Below, one piece after another: positions 51,677 to 61,224 of a stretch of DNA of 64,000 nt. The DNA is from Myxococcota bacterium (GTDB taxonomy: Bacteria > Myxococcota_A > UBA796 > GCA-2862545): the NCBI GenBank assembly GCA_039208735.1, contig JBCCQY010000032.1:1-64000 (forward strand), read 5' to 3'. The notes beneath the pieces are model-generated. The model did no database searches. It worked only from the letters and a program-made list of their open reading frames with translations, and was not told where the DNA came from. The stretch's first letter is position 1. Each line of letters opens with the position of its first letter. The position numbers and the translations under genes were made by a program.

Positions 51677-52455
51677 AAATCGGAATCTGCGCGAAGGTGA
51701 CGGCCGACACCGACGCGCGTTTGTCCCCGAGTAGTGACGGGACCAGTTTCTCGTTCACCGGCAAGACCGTGGTGGGCCCCTACGACGAGTTTGCCGTTGA
51801 AGAAGCCGTGAAGACCAAGGAGTCGCACGGTGGAGACTTGGTGGTCCTCTCGGTAGGCAAGTCGGATGACGTGTTGCCGAGCCTGCGTTCCGGAGTGTTG
51901 GCTCGCGGTGCAGACAAGGCGGTGGTCGTCGAAGACGCCGCGCTCGAGAGCGCAGACAGCCTGGGGATTGCCCGTGCGCTGGCCAAGGCGATCGAAAAGG
52001 AAGAGCTGAACATCGTTTTTTGCGGCAAGCAGTCGATCGATGACGAGAATGTTCAAGTTCCGGGTATGGTTGCCGATCTTCTGGGCTGGGCCTTGGTTTC
52101 GCGCGTTATCGAATTTTCCCTTGAAGGGGATTCGTTCACCGCGACTCGATCGATGGACGGCGGGGTTCGTCAGGTGGTCAAAGGTTCGTTGCCGGCGGTC
52201 ATCACGGCCGAGCGTGGGCTGAACACGCCGCGCTACGCGAAGCTCCCTGCCATCATGAAGGCCAAGAAGAAGCCGGTCGACACGGTTGATCTCGCGGCGC
52301 TCTCGCTTTCGGGCGACGACGTTGCGCCCAAGCTGTCGGTCGGTGCCTACGGGACCCCGCCCGAACGGCCGAAGGGTCGCATTCTCGAGGGTGACACCGA
52401 CGCGGTCGTGGCCGAGTTGGTGAAGCTGCTCCGTGAAGAAGCCAAGGTCATCTGA
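51673..52455 (+). CDS. etfB: Electron transfer flavoprotein beta subunit
   Basis: PYDEFAVEEA, CGKQSIDD, LNTPRYAKLPAIMKAKKKP; GTG after GAGGAGG. Confidence 0.93.
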   Translation: MKIGICAKVTADTDARLSPSSDGTSFSFTGKTVVGPYDEFAVEEAVKTKESHGGDLVVLSVGKSDDVLPSLRSGVLARGADKAVVVEDAALESADSLGIARALAKAIEKEELNIVFCGKQSIDDENVQVPGMVADLLGWALVSRVIEFSLEGDSFTATRSMDGGVRQVVKGSLPAVITAERGLNTPRYAKLPAIMKAKKKPVDTVDLAALSLSGDDVAPKLSVGAYGTPPERPKGRILEGDTDAVVAELVKLLREEAKVI

Positions 52456-52482
52456 AGCATCCCCGCATCTGGAGAACGAGAC

Positions 52483-53436
52483 ATGTCTACGATTCTGGTG
52501 TTGGCCGAGCATGAAGCCGGGGCCTTCAAAAAGTCGGCGACCGAGCTCCTCGGCAAGGCCCAGGAACTGGCCTCGGCGCTTTCGGGAACCGTGGTGGCTG
52601 GCGTGGTGGGCGATGCCCCTGCCGACTCGCTCGGCAAGTTCGGCGCAAGCAAGGTGTTCCAAGTGGCGGGAAGCCACGACTACGATTCGTCATCGCTGAC
52701 CGACGCCTGGGCCTCGATCGTGAACGAGGCCGGTCCGACCGTGATTCTCGCCTCGGCGGGCTACGCGGGCAAGGATGCACTGCCGCGTCTGGCCGCCCGC
52801 TTGGGTACGGGCATGGCGTCGGAAGTGACCGAGCTTCGCGTCGATGGTGGCAACGTGGTGGGCCGTCGGCCCATGTACGCAGGCAAGATCTACGCGGACG
52901 TGACCGTCAACGGTGGGCCGGCGATTTTCTCTGTCCGTCCCAACAGTTTCGGTCAGCCAGCCGAAGGCTCCGGCTCGGCCGAGGTCGTGGCGGTGAACGC
53001 GACGATGACGGCGAAGACCGAGGTGGTCGAAACGAAGGCGCCGTCGAGCGCCGTGGCCGACCTCACCGAGGCGGAACGCATTGTTTCGGGCGGCCGTTCG
53101 TTGGGTTCGAGCGACAAGTTTGACGAGGTCATCCGACCCCTTGGGGCGGCGCTCGGTGCCACCGTCGGCGCCTCCCGTGCCGCGGTGGACGCGGGCTATG
53201 CCGCGCATAGTGAACAGGTCGGGCAGACCGGCAAGACTGTGAACCCGCAGCTCTACATCGCCGCCGGAATCTCCGGGGCGATCCAGCATCTTGCGGGCAT
53301 GCGGACCTCCAAGGTCATCGTCGCGATCAACAAGGATCCAGAGGCGCCGATCTTCGAGCATGCTACGTACGGCATCGTCGACGACCTCTTCGAGGTCGTG
53401 CCGAAGCTGACGAAGGCCGTGCAAGAGCTCGGCTGA
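52483..53436 (+). CDS. etfA: Electron transfer flavoprotein alpha subunit
   Basis: [47 protein letters not shown]. Confidence 0.95.
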   Translation: MSTILVLAEHEAGAFKKSATELLGKAQELASALSGTVVAGVVGDAPADSLGKFGASKVFQVAGSHDYDSSSLTDAWASIVNEAGPTVILASAGYAGKDALPRLAARLGTGMASEVTELRVDGGNVVGRRPMYAGKIYADVTVNGGPAIFSVRPNSFGQPAEGSGSAEVVAVNATMTAKTEVVETKAPSSAVADLTEAERIVSGGRSLGSSDKFDEVIRPLGAALGATVGASRAAVDAGYAAHSEQVGQTGKTVNPQLYIAAGISGAIQHLAGMRTSKVIVAINKDPEAPIFEHATYGIVDDLFEVVPKLTKAVQELG

Positions 53437-53494
53437 CGTCAGAGGGAGGCTACCCCTGACTGCCCCGGGTCCTGATCAGCTCTCTGACGACCTG

Positions 53495-54712
53495 TTGGAG
53501 CGCGTGACGCTCCACCAGGCGACCCGGGGGTTCCATCGGTTGGTGGTTCTCTTCGTCGAGCGTTGGGCCGCCGTGCGCGAGCCCACCTACGCAGCCAAGC
53601 GCGCCTTGGCCGAGGCGTACGTTCACCTTCGATTGCTTGGACGAGCGTTCTCTCGCGTCGAAGCATTGATCGAGGTGCCTGATGCCAGCCCCGACGTTTG
53701 GGTGCTTGGGGTAACCATTCTCCGGATGCGGGGATGGCTCGATCAGGCCACGGCGTTCGCACGGCGCGCAGAACGGGCGTTTCCCGAGAACCGTGCGCTG
53801 GGAGCCCTCGTCGACGTGGCTTCGGAGCCATGGCCCGCGTTCGCTCCCGCTTCCGACTCTGATCTGGTGGCGGTCGCCATTGCAGACGCTGAGCAGGCGA
53901 TGGTGCAGGGGCAGTTGGTGCGGGCCCAGGTGGGGTTGCAGCGGATCCGTCGTCAGCTGACGCGGCCCAATGGACGGGTCGACGAGCTGCTTTGGGCGAT
54001 TCGTGGTGACTTCGAGATGGATGCAGGCATTGACCAGCTCGTGCCGCTCTTGCTTCCCAATCGCGATGCTGCCGATACGTTGGTTCCGATCGACGATCAC
54101 TCGGTGGGGAGCGAACCGAGCACCGAGGCGTTCCGACAGCTCTTTCGAAATTTGGACCTCGACGACGAAGTCGATGATCCCGATCTCGAAGAGCCGACCC
54201 ACATCACCGAAATGGCCGAACTCGCACAGCGGGCGCGTCAGGGAGCGGCTGACTCCGACACGCACGTCATGCGGGTGGTGCATCGAGAACCCGCGGCTCG
54301 GTCGGACCCCGATGTGCTTGAAACCCAATTGGCAGCAAGCTTGTCGTCTCCCACCGATGGCAAAGCGAGCGACTACGCGCGGCCCGACCACCTCGAAGAC
54401 GATGCCATCGTGGTCGTGACCCGGCGAGAAGAGGCTCGCACGCCGATCGACACCGAACCCTTCGCGGTCGAAGTTGCTCGGGTGACGCGAGATGCGCGTC
54501 GCGAAGCGCAGGCACACGAAAAGCTCGCCGACGCCCCGGAGGCGTTTCTTGAACCGCCTGCGCCGCCACCGCCTGTACCCTGGACGGCCCAGGTATCCGA
54601 TCGGCTGCGGGCGGAAGGGCAGACGCTAGCGTTCTGGGTGGGGGGCATCGTGATGCTAGCGGTGGTCGGCGTCTTTGCTCTGGGCCTCGTGGTGTGGTTC
54701 AACATCGATTGA
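53495..54712 (+). CDS. Hypothetical TPR-like protein with acidic linker and C-terminal TM anchor
   Basis: Helical repeats, acidic low-complexity region, hydrophobic tail; start uncertain. Confidence 0.6.
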   Translation: MERVTLHQATRGFHRLVVLFVERWAAVREPTYAAKRALAEAYVHLRLLGRAFSRVEALIEVPDASPDVWVLGVTILRMRGWLDQATAFARRAERAFPENRALGALVDVASEPWPAFAPASDSDLVAVAIADAEQAMVQGQLVRAQVGLQRIRRQLTRPNGRVDELLWAIRGDFEMDAGIDQLVPLLLPNRDAADTLVPIDDHSVGSEPSTEAFRQLFRNLDLDDEVDDPDLEEPTHITEMAELAQRARQGAADSDTHVMRVVHREPAARSDPDVLETQLAASLSSPTDGKASDYARPDHLEDDAIVVVTRREEARTPIDTEPFAVEVARVTRDARREAQAHEKLADAPEAFLEPPAPPPPVPWTAQVSDRLRAEGQTLAFWVGGIVMLAVVGVFALGLVVWFNID

Positions 54713-54774
54713 CGTGGCGTGCGGTCTTTGCTGCGGGTACGCTGGCGGCCGCGTCTGTCGCGAAGGAGTTCAGG

Positions 54775-55626
54775 ATGCGCATCAGCGGGTGGTTGTGGCT
54801 GGCCCTTGTCGGTTGTTCGGGTGAGGCTCCCCCGGAGGAAGAAGAGGACCCCATCGTCGGCAACGACACGGGTCCTGACTTCAATCCGCCGCCTCCCCCA
54901 TCGCGCATCGATGCCGCCGTGCTGCTGTTCGAGGGGTTTGGAGCCTGGGACCCAGAAGAAGAGATGTGGGTCAGCACCGCAGAGGGGAATGGTCTCGCCG
55001 CACAGTCACCAGGCGTCTTGCTCACCATCCTTGACAGCTCGTTCGAGCGTGGGTGTCAGGTCTTCGTGACCACCGATGAGCCCATGCTGCCGCCTGCCGA
55101 CTGGGTCGAAGACCGCGGCACGATTCTCGGCTTTGAGATCAACCCCGACAATGCGGTCGTGATCGACGGGTGTGCGGACTTCGAACTCCCCGGTGAGTTT
55201 GGTGGCGATGTGGGATCCATGGCCGCGCGCTGGACGTGGGGCCTCGGGGTGGCTCCGCTGAACGATGAGACCCGCGATCTCCTTGAGGATTCACTGGCGG
55301 CCTCTGAATGGGATGCACTGCGGGACCTCGTCGTGGGGGCGACGCTCTACTCGAACCTGTTCACCTTGCTCGATGACGACGAGGACTTCTTCGATCTCGC
55401 GACCACCCGTGGATTCGAGATGGACGAGAAGTTCGTCGTCGACGTTGGGGGTACGGGTGACCTGCAGAACGTCGATGCCGAAGACATTCTGCTGAAGGAT
55501 GGCGAGGTGGGGCGGGCGTTCTACACCTTCGAGTCCTACCAGGGCATTACGCCGGCTACGCTCCTCACGGCCGAGGTGCCGATGCCCGGGGAAACGGGCG
55601 CCACAGGCGATACGGCGGTCCCCTGA
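54775..55626 (+). CDS. Hypothetical acidic lipoprotein
   Basis: RBS AAGGAG; lipobox LVGC. Confidence 0.65.
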   Translation: MRISGWLWLALVGCSGEAPPEEEEDPIVGNDTGPDFNPPPPPSRIDAAVLLFEGFGAWDPEEEMWVSTAEGNGLAAQSPGVLLTILDSSFERGCQVFVTTDEPMLPPADWVEDRGTILGFEINPDNAVVIDGCADFELPGEFGGDVGSMAARWTWGLGVAPLNDETRDLLEDSLAASEWDALRDLVVGATLYSNLFTLLDDDEDFFDLATTRGFEMDEKFVVDVGGTGDLQNVDAEDILLKDGEVGRAFYTFESYQGITPATLLTAEVPMPGETGATGDTAVP

Positions 55627-55773
55627 CGTGAATGTCCCGGTTGCAGGACCGGCCGAGGGGGAAACCGATAGGTAGTGGGCCAGAGAGTCGAGGAATTCCC
55701 TCTGGCTTCGGGAGAGGCGCATGAGCTGGAACGCCGGTTGCAGAACCTTGAGATCATCGAATGGGAGACTTCG

Positions 55774-56397
55774 ATGATCGTGTTGGTGCTGTTGACGGCC
55801 TGCTCGCCCGGTGGACTCGGGCTCGCGGAACCCTCACCGGCGGAGCCCGGTTTGCCGCCAGAAGCCGACAGCGACGCGTATCCGGCTCCCCCATTGGATT
55901 CGGGCGTGATCGCATTGCCGAGATTCCAGGCGCACGAAGTCGACTTCATGGTCGAGGTCGATGGCGTGGTCCGGCCAGAGAAGGTCACGTGGACGTGGCG
56001 GTTGGCTGACAAAGCCACAGACGAGATTTGCAGAACGCCGCTGACGGTGCTCTCCGTCACTCCGATCAAGCTCACCAAGTCAGACCAGGTGCTCGCCGCA
56101 TGGACGTTCGAGGTGGAGGGTGGCGAGACCGCTCCCTGTGTGCTTGATCCTGAACTCTTGACGATTGCGATCGCAGGGCCCGATGACCGTCTACTCCCCG
56201 CGTTGGCCGCGCGCGAACTCGACGATCTCGATGTGTACTCCTTCACCGTCCAACGCGGGGCGGCCGGCGCGACCACCCTTCATGGCATCGCGACCACGAA
56301 GAACTTGCTGAATGGTGACTCGATTCCCGTTGAGAAGGGCCCCCTGCCGGCGGACGACTATCGGCTCGAGCCCCTGCTCTACCTAAATCTCCAATAG
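55774..56397 (+). CDS. Hypothetical lipoprotein
   Basis: RBS GGGAG; lipobox LLTAC. Confidence 0.6.
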   Translation: MIVLVLLTACSPGGLGLAEPSPAEPGLPPEADSDAYPAPPLDSGVIALPRFQAHEVDFMVEVDGVVRPEKVTWTWRLADKATDEICRTPLTVLSVTPIKLTKSDQVLAAWTFEVEGGETAPCVLDPELLTIAIAGPDDRLLPALAARELDDLDVYSFTVQRGAAGATTLHGIATTKNLLNGDSIPVEKGPLPADDYRLEPLLYLNLQ

Positions 56398-56509
56398 GTC
56401 GGTAACATAGGTTAAATCTCGCGTTCGAGAAGAGCGTTCAGCCTTTGGGATCGCGCACCGATGGTCTGACCCAGAGGGGCCAACGCTGGTTACAGGTGGC
56501 CCCATCGTC

Positions 56510-58027
56510 ATGGATGGAGTGCTCGTGCCCCTGCTGGCTCGCCCGGGACGTCGGTTCAACGCTGTTCTTCGCTATGCGCCCTGGATCGCGGGGCTCGTGA
56601 TCATTGCCCTGTTGCTATGGCCGGATCTCGGGTTCGCGGCTGGTGGTGGAGGACATGAGGGGGATCACGGTGGTGGTCACCACGATGGGCCAGGCCTGGG
56701 TGAGGTGCTGCCCTGGTGGTCCGTTCTGCCCTTTGCGGGCTTGCTGCTATCGATCGCTGTTCTGCCCATGGTGGCGGGCCACTTCTGGCACTCCAACCTC
56801 AACCAGTTCCTCGTGGCGCTGGGGTGGGCTTCGCCGGTCTTCCTTTACCTGACCTACACGGCCCTCTTTGGCGAAGGGACCATGGCCCACGATGCGGCCC
56901 ATGGACTCGAGCACGCCATCGAGGAGTACGTCTCGTTCATTGCGCTGCTTGGCAGTTTGTACGTGATCAGTGGGGGCATCCTGCTGCGGGGCGACCTCGA
57001 AGGTCGCCCATCGGTAAACACCGCCTTCCTCGCCATCGGCGCCGTGTTGTCGAACCTGATCGGTACGACGGGTGCGTCGATGCTGCTCATCCGGCCGATG
57101 TTGCGCACGAACAGTCAGCGCAAGAACGTCTGGCACATCCCGCTGTTCTTCATCTTTCTGGTGTCGAACATCGGAGGCTCGCTGACGCCCATTGGCGATC
57201 CGCCCTTGTTCCTCGGGTATTTGCGCGGCATCGACTTCTTCTGGACGCTCGAGACGCTGTGGCCGTTGTGGTTGCCCGTCATCATCGTGCTGCTGATCGT
57301 GTTTTTTGCCCTCGACACGTACTTCTACAACCAAGAAGAGTCGGCGCGGACCGAGATGGACACCGCCACGATGCAGCCGCTGCGGCTCGAAGGCAACTTG
57401 AACTTCCTTTGGCTCGCGGGCGTCATCGCCTGTGTGCTCGTGCTGTCACCCGATCCCGAAATCGAGGACTTCCGGCACTACTACGCGCGTGAAATCGGCA
57501 TGATCGCCTTGACCGTGGCGTCAATGGTCTACACCCCCCGTGCATTGCGAGCGGCCAACGATTTCACCTGGGATCCCATTCTCGAAGTCGCTGCGTTGTT
57601 CATCGGCATTTTCGTAGCCATGATCCCCGCCACTACCTTGCTTCAGACCTACGGCTCCGAACTTGGGCTGTCTGAACCTTGGCAATACTTCTGGGCCACG
57701 GGGTCGCTGTCGGCGTTCCTCGACAATGCTCCGACCTATGTGACGTTTGCAGCGGTGGCATGCGGGAGCTACGACTTCTGCACGACGGCCGAGAACCTCG
57801 GGCCGCTCGCTACACATGCGGCCTCCGAGCCGATTCTCATTGCCATTTCGCTTGGGGCGGTGTTCATGGGAGCGGGCTCCTACATCGGCAACGGTCCGAA
57901 CTTCATGGTGCGCGCCATCGCAGAGCAGGCCGGGTACAAGATGCCCAGTTTCTTCGGATACATTGGCTACGCAGCAATGTTCCTCGGGCCCGTCTTTGTC
58001 CTGCTGACGATCTTCGCCCTGATTTGA
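56510..58027 (+). CDS. Sodium:proton antiporter (IT superfamily)
   Basis: IGTTGASMLLIRP, NIGGSLTPIGDPPLFLGYLRG, SAFLDNAPTY, YIGNGPNFMV; start 56510 or 56525. Confidence 0.88.
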   Translation: MDGVLVPLLARPGRRFNAVLRYAPWIAGLVIIALLLWPDLGFAAGGGGHEGDHGGGHHDGPGLGEVLPWWSVLPFAGLLLSIAVLPMVAGHFWHSNLNQFLVALGWASPVFLYLTYTALFGEGTMAHDAAHGLEHAIEEYVSFIALLGSLYVISGGILLRGDLEGRPSVNTAFLAIGAVLSNLIGTTGASMLLIRPMLRTNSQRKNVWHIPLFFIFLVSNIGGSLTPIGDPPLFLGYLRGIDFFWTLETLWPLWLPVIIVLLIVFFALDTYFYNQEESARTEMDTATMQPLRLEGNLNFLWLAGVIACVLVLSPDPEIEDFRHYYAREIGMIALTVASMVYTPRALRAANDFTWDPILEVAALFIGIFVAMIPATTLLQTYGSELGLSEPWQYFWATGSLSAFLDNAPTYVTFAAVACGSYDFCTTAENLGPLATHAASEPILIAISLGAVFMGAGSYIGNGPNFMVRAIAEQAGYKMPSFFGYIGYAAMFLGPVFVLLTIFALI

Positions 58028-58827
58028 TGCTGCCCACCGCGCCGGGGAGGCCCACGTTCGTGGGGGTAGTGCACCTGCTACCGCTTCCCGGGGGTCCGCT
58101 TCCAAGCCCGGGGCTTCCCTATGTCCTCGAGCGAGCGTGTGCCGATGCCCAGGCGCTCGCTCGCGGTGGCGTTGATGCACTGATCGTCGAGAACTTTGGG
58201 GACGCCCCGTTCGTCGCCGATACGGTGGAACCATTCACCGTCGCCGCTATGGCGCGCATCGTGGATGCAGTCGGCGTGGCGGCGCCCGAACTTGCGGTCG
58301 GCGTGAACGTGTTGCGCAACGATGCGGCAGCCGCCTTATCCATTGCGGCGGCCACGCGAGCTACGTTCATTCGGGTGAACATCCATACGGGGGCCATGGT
58401 CACCGATCAAGGGCTGATCCAGGGAAAAGCTCGGGAAACGCTTTTGCTACGACGTCGGCTTGAGGCGGAGGTCGCCATCGTCGCAGATGTGCTCGTGAAG
58501 CATGCGGTGCCCCTTGGGAATTGGACGTTGGCCGATGCTGCGCGAGATGCGGTCTCTCGAGGGCGGGCCGATGCACTGGTCGTGACCGGTTCGGGAACGG
58601 GACGTCCGACGGCTCCAGGTGATGTGGCCGAGGTGCGTCAGGCCGTTCCTGGGATGGCGGTGTGGGTGGGCAGCGGTCTTGATCCGCACACCGTAGCCTC
58701 ATTTGGGCAGTTTGCCGGGGCTATCGTGGGCACCGCTCTGCATGAGGACGCCGTGGTGACGGCGCCCATCGATGAGGCTCGGGTTCGGGCGATGCGCGAT
58801 GCGCTCGAGGCTCATCGCCCGGCTTGA
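58027..58827 (+). CDS. BtpA/SgcQ family TIM-barrel protein
   Basis: GVVHLLPLPG, VENFGDAPF, GVNVLRND, FIRVN, ADVLVKH, VTGSGTG; TGATG overlap. Confidence 0.9.
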   Translation: MLPTAPGRPTFVGVVHLLPLPGGPLPSPGLPYVLERACADAQALARGGVDALIVENFGDAPFVADTVEPFTVAAMARIVDAVGVAAPELAVGVNVLRNDAAAALSIAAATRATFIRVNIHTGAMVTDQGLIQGKARETLLLRRRLEAEVAIVADVLVKHAVPLGNWTLADAARDAVSRGRADALVVTGSGTGRPTAPGDVAEVRQAVPGMAVWVGSGLDPHTVASFGQFAGAIVGTALHEDAVVTAPIDEARVRAMRDALEAHRPA

Positions 58828-59165
58828 CGAGGGACCAGGCAGACTTGCGCATAGGCTTGCAGGAAGCCCGTGGTCTTGCGGCCGACCGTCAGCTCAATGT
58901 CGTCGACCTGCCAACCTTGCTGTTGCTGTTCGAGAACCCAGCGACCCAATTCCGTGGACCGATCCCAGGTGTCGACGGTCGCGTCGATCGCGGTGGGAAA
59001 CAGGCGACAGCGATGCCGTACGAGGTCAGGGTCGGTCGGGGTGGAAACGTCTTGGGTTTCAGGCTCGGTTTCGGGTGCGCTCGGCGCCGGCTGGGCCCAA
59101 CCGATGGAGGATCCCAACCATGTGGCGAGGGCAAGGCCAATCCATGACCGCAGTTCGAAAGACAT
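58812..59165 (-). CDS. Small secreted hypothetical protein
   Basis: Signal peptide (IGWA-Q); Cys pair; QQGWQV motif. Confidence 0.55.
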   Translation of the reverse strand: MSFELRSWIGLALATWLGSSIGWAQPAPSAPETEPETQDVSTPTDPDLVRHRCRLFPTAIDATVDTWDRSTELGRWVLEQQQQGWQVDDIELTVGRKTTGFLQAYAQVCLVPRQAGR

Positions 59166-59220
59166 CGTGATCACTCCTGCATCGTCGGGTGCGCATGGCG
59201 GTCTAAAACTGACCTGGTCG

Positions 59221-59237
59221 TCGGACAGGTGTTCAGC
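59221..59237 (+). promoter_or_regulatory. Candidate LexA (SOS) box
   Basis: TCGGAC-AGGT-GTTCAGC: one mismatch to the GAAC-N4-GTTC core, with the GTTCAGS half-site of the Myxococcus LexA box; abuts a -10-like TAAGCT at 59239-59244. Confidence 0.4.
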
Positions 59238-59248
59238 ATAAGCTGAGC

Positions 59249-59752
59249 ATGTCAGACCTGGAGGTCTTTGTGCGTGCGCCACTCCTTACGCCCGTTCACG
59301 GTCGACGTATCCGCGCCTCCTCCACCTTGCCTGGCTTGCCGGAGCTACCCGTCGCGCCAGACATGAGCTGGTTCGTCGTGGCTCGGGCCGGTCAATTCGG
59401 CGATGCCGCATGGCACGAGGGCGAGGTCTTGGTCTGTCGAGGGAAGGCGCGACCAGGCGACACGATCGTGCTGGTGGCGAAAGGTCATGGTCGACCGCGG
59501 CTCGGTCGGCTCGATGGGCTTCGGTTCTTTGGCGACCACGGCGAGCCTTGCCATCCGGGTCGTTGGGCGTCTGCAGGGCCGATTGTGGGGGCAATCCGGC
59601 GCCGCATTGAAGGTTGGGTCATGGATCTTGACCTCGAGCGCAGACGGCCTTTGAGGTCACGCAAGCGTGCTTCCTCCGCGCAGCTAGCTCTTCCCTTTGG
59701 AGCGCCGCCGGTGGCTTCGGTCCGTCAGCCGTCGCAACGTCGTCCGATTTGA
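59249..59752 (+). CDS. Degenerate LexA/UmuD (S24)-fold protein with beta-clamp-type motif
   Basis: WFVVARAGQFGDAAWHEGEVLVC...ARPGDTIVLV...AGPIVGAIRR parallels the S24 pattern but lacks the catalytic Ser and Lys; C-terminal QLALPF. Confidence 0.5.
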   Translation: MSDLEVFVRAPLLTPVHGRRIRASSTLPGLPELPVAPDMSWFVVARAGQFGDAAWHEGEVLVCRGKARPGDTIVLVAKGHGRPRLGRLDGLRFFGDHGEPCHPGRWASAGPIVGAIRRRIEGWVMDLDLERRRPLRSRKRASSAQLALPFGAPPVASVRQPSQRRPI

Positions 59753-61212
59753 GCCCCTGCCCGAGCGCGCTCGGGGGTCGTGGTCGCAGGTGGGATGCCA
59801 AAGAGGGTGCGGCCGGTCTCGAAGCCGGCGGTCTGCACTTCGCTTGCATCGGTCGGCAGCGCGGGACCGGGACCGAGTCCGGCGTCGAGCGCGGCCGCCG
59901 CGGCTTGGTAGCGAGCGACCACGAGGGGGTCTTCCACTTCGGCTGCGGCTTCGAGCAGCGCGGCGGCCGCGATCGCCTCGTCGGGCCAAGGGGAACTTTG
60001 GGGAGGAGCCGGCGCGAGGGTGCCACAGCGAGGCCGGGCCGCGACCTCGTTGCCGACGTGGAGCCAGACGGTGCCATCGTCGTCAGCCCGCACCTCGACG
60101 GGGCGAATGGTCCGGCGGCCCAGCTCCGCGATCACCGCTGCGGTCATGAACGGCGACCCTGCGCGGTCGTGCAGCACGGCTAACGGATGGGCGCGGGTGG
60201 TGGTGTCCGGGGTGCTGCGTGCGAGCGAAATGAGCCTTCGGTCTGGATCAGGGGCCGCTCGAACCCAATCTTCGGCAGCTTGCATCCACCACTCGATGGC
60301 GCGTGTGCGACGGCCCATGGGCTCGAGCACGGGGATGACGAGCGACAGGGTGTCGGGCCAGTCGGGGTAGTCCCAAGGCTCGTCGTTGGCTTCACTCGTC
60401 GCCTGTTGGATCAGGAGGTCACGCCATAAAGTGAGACAGCCCGTTGAGGTGACTTCGCCGCTGCTTGAGCAAGGGGCACGTCCCAGAAGCAGGCGTGTCC
60501 ACCCGCGGGGGGAGGGGTCGCTCGGTCGACCCAGTCGACGGCGATACCACCGGTCTTCCGAGATCGTCGAGGCCACCTGAAGGCCGTCGGCCACTTGCTG
60601 AACGAGCGATTCATGGACCGAGGGGTCCTCGAGGGCCCATAGGGCTTCGTAAGGACCGATCGCCTCGGAAGCGTTGAATCCGGCGACGGTCATGCCTTCG
60701 AGGGTGCCTCGGGCCACGAACCGGGGGCCTAAGTGCACCGCCCAATGCCACCCTTCGGCTTGGGGACGGGTGGGGCCTTCCTCAGGGGTGATCGCGGCTG
60801 CGGGGTCGAGCGCCAGCCAGGCGGGCTCCTCGGGAGTGGCTTCGCCGACCACGTTGAGGAGGAGGGTGGCGCGGAGTTGACGGACGGCGGGGGCATCGGG
60901 AGATTCGACGTACTGTCGGACCCATCTACGCCGATCGGGACTCCGCTGGATCTTGTCGGCCATTCGGTCGATGGCCCAGCCTTCGCCGCAAGGCACCGGC
61001 CGGTCGTTGTGGAGGACTTTCACCCAGGTCCACCAACCGGGCTTGCGATCGCAACGCCCGAGTCGTTCCCCTTCACCGGGCGACAGCGGGCGTTCCGCAA
61101 CGCTGCGCCACAACGCAAAGCGCACGCGGGTCTGGGCCCCAATCCAGACCGCGCCAATGAGCACGAGACCCCCGACCGCGACGGCCAGGGGAAGCAGCAG
61201 CCGGCGGTTCAC
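59725..61212 (-). CDS. Membrane-anchored protein with degenerate SirB1/transglutaminase-like C-terminal region
   Basis: N-terminal TM helix; PLAVLHDRAGSPFMTAAVIAELGRR resembles the SirB1-type motif. Confidence 0.55.
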   Translation of the reverse strand: MNRRLLLPLAVAVGGLVLIGAVWIGAQTRVRFALWRSVAERPLSPGEGERLGRCDRKPGWWTWVKVLHNDRPVPCGEGWAIDRMADKIQRSPDRRRWVRQYVESPDAPAVRQLRATLLLNVVGEATPEEPAWLALDPAAAITPEEGPTRPQAEGWHWAVHLGPRFVARGTLEGMTVAGFNASEAIGPYEALWALEDPSVHESLVQQVADGLQVASTISEDRWYRRRLGRPSDPSPRGWTRLLLGRAPCSSSGEVTSTGCLTLWRDLLIQQATSEANDEPWDYPDWPDTLSLVIPVLEPMGRRTRAIEWWMQAAEDWVRAAPDPDRRLISLARSTPDTTTRAHPLAVLHDRAGSPFMTAAVIAELGRRTIRPVEVRADDDGTVWLHVGNEVAARPRCGTLAPAPPQSSPWPDEAIAAAALLEAAAEVEDPLVVARYQAAAAALDAGLGPGPALPTDASEVQTAGFETGRTLFGIPPATTTPERARAGAQIGRRCDG

Positions 61213-61224
61213 GACGTTCGCCGG

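Noticed and set aside
56426..56445. Second GTTCAGC LexA-like half-site upstream of the antiporter
   Set aside because: The left half-site does not match GAAC; likely chance.
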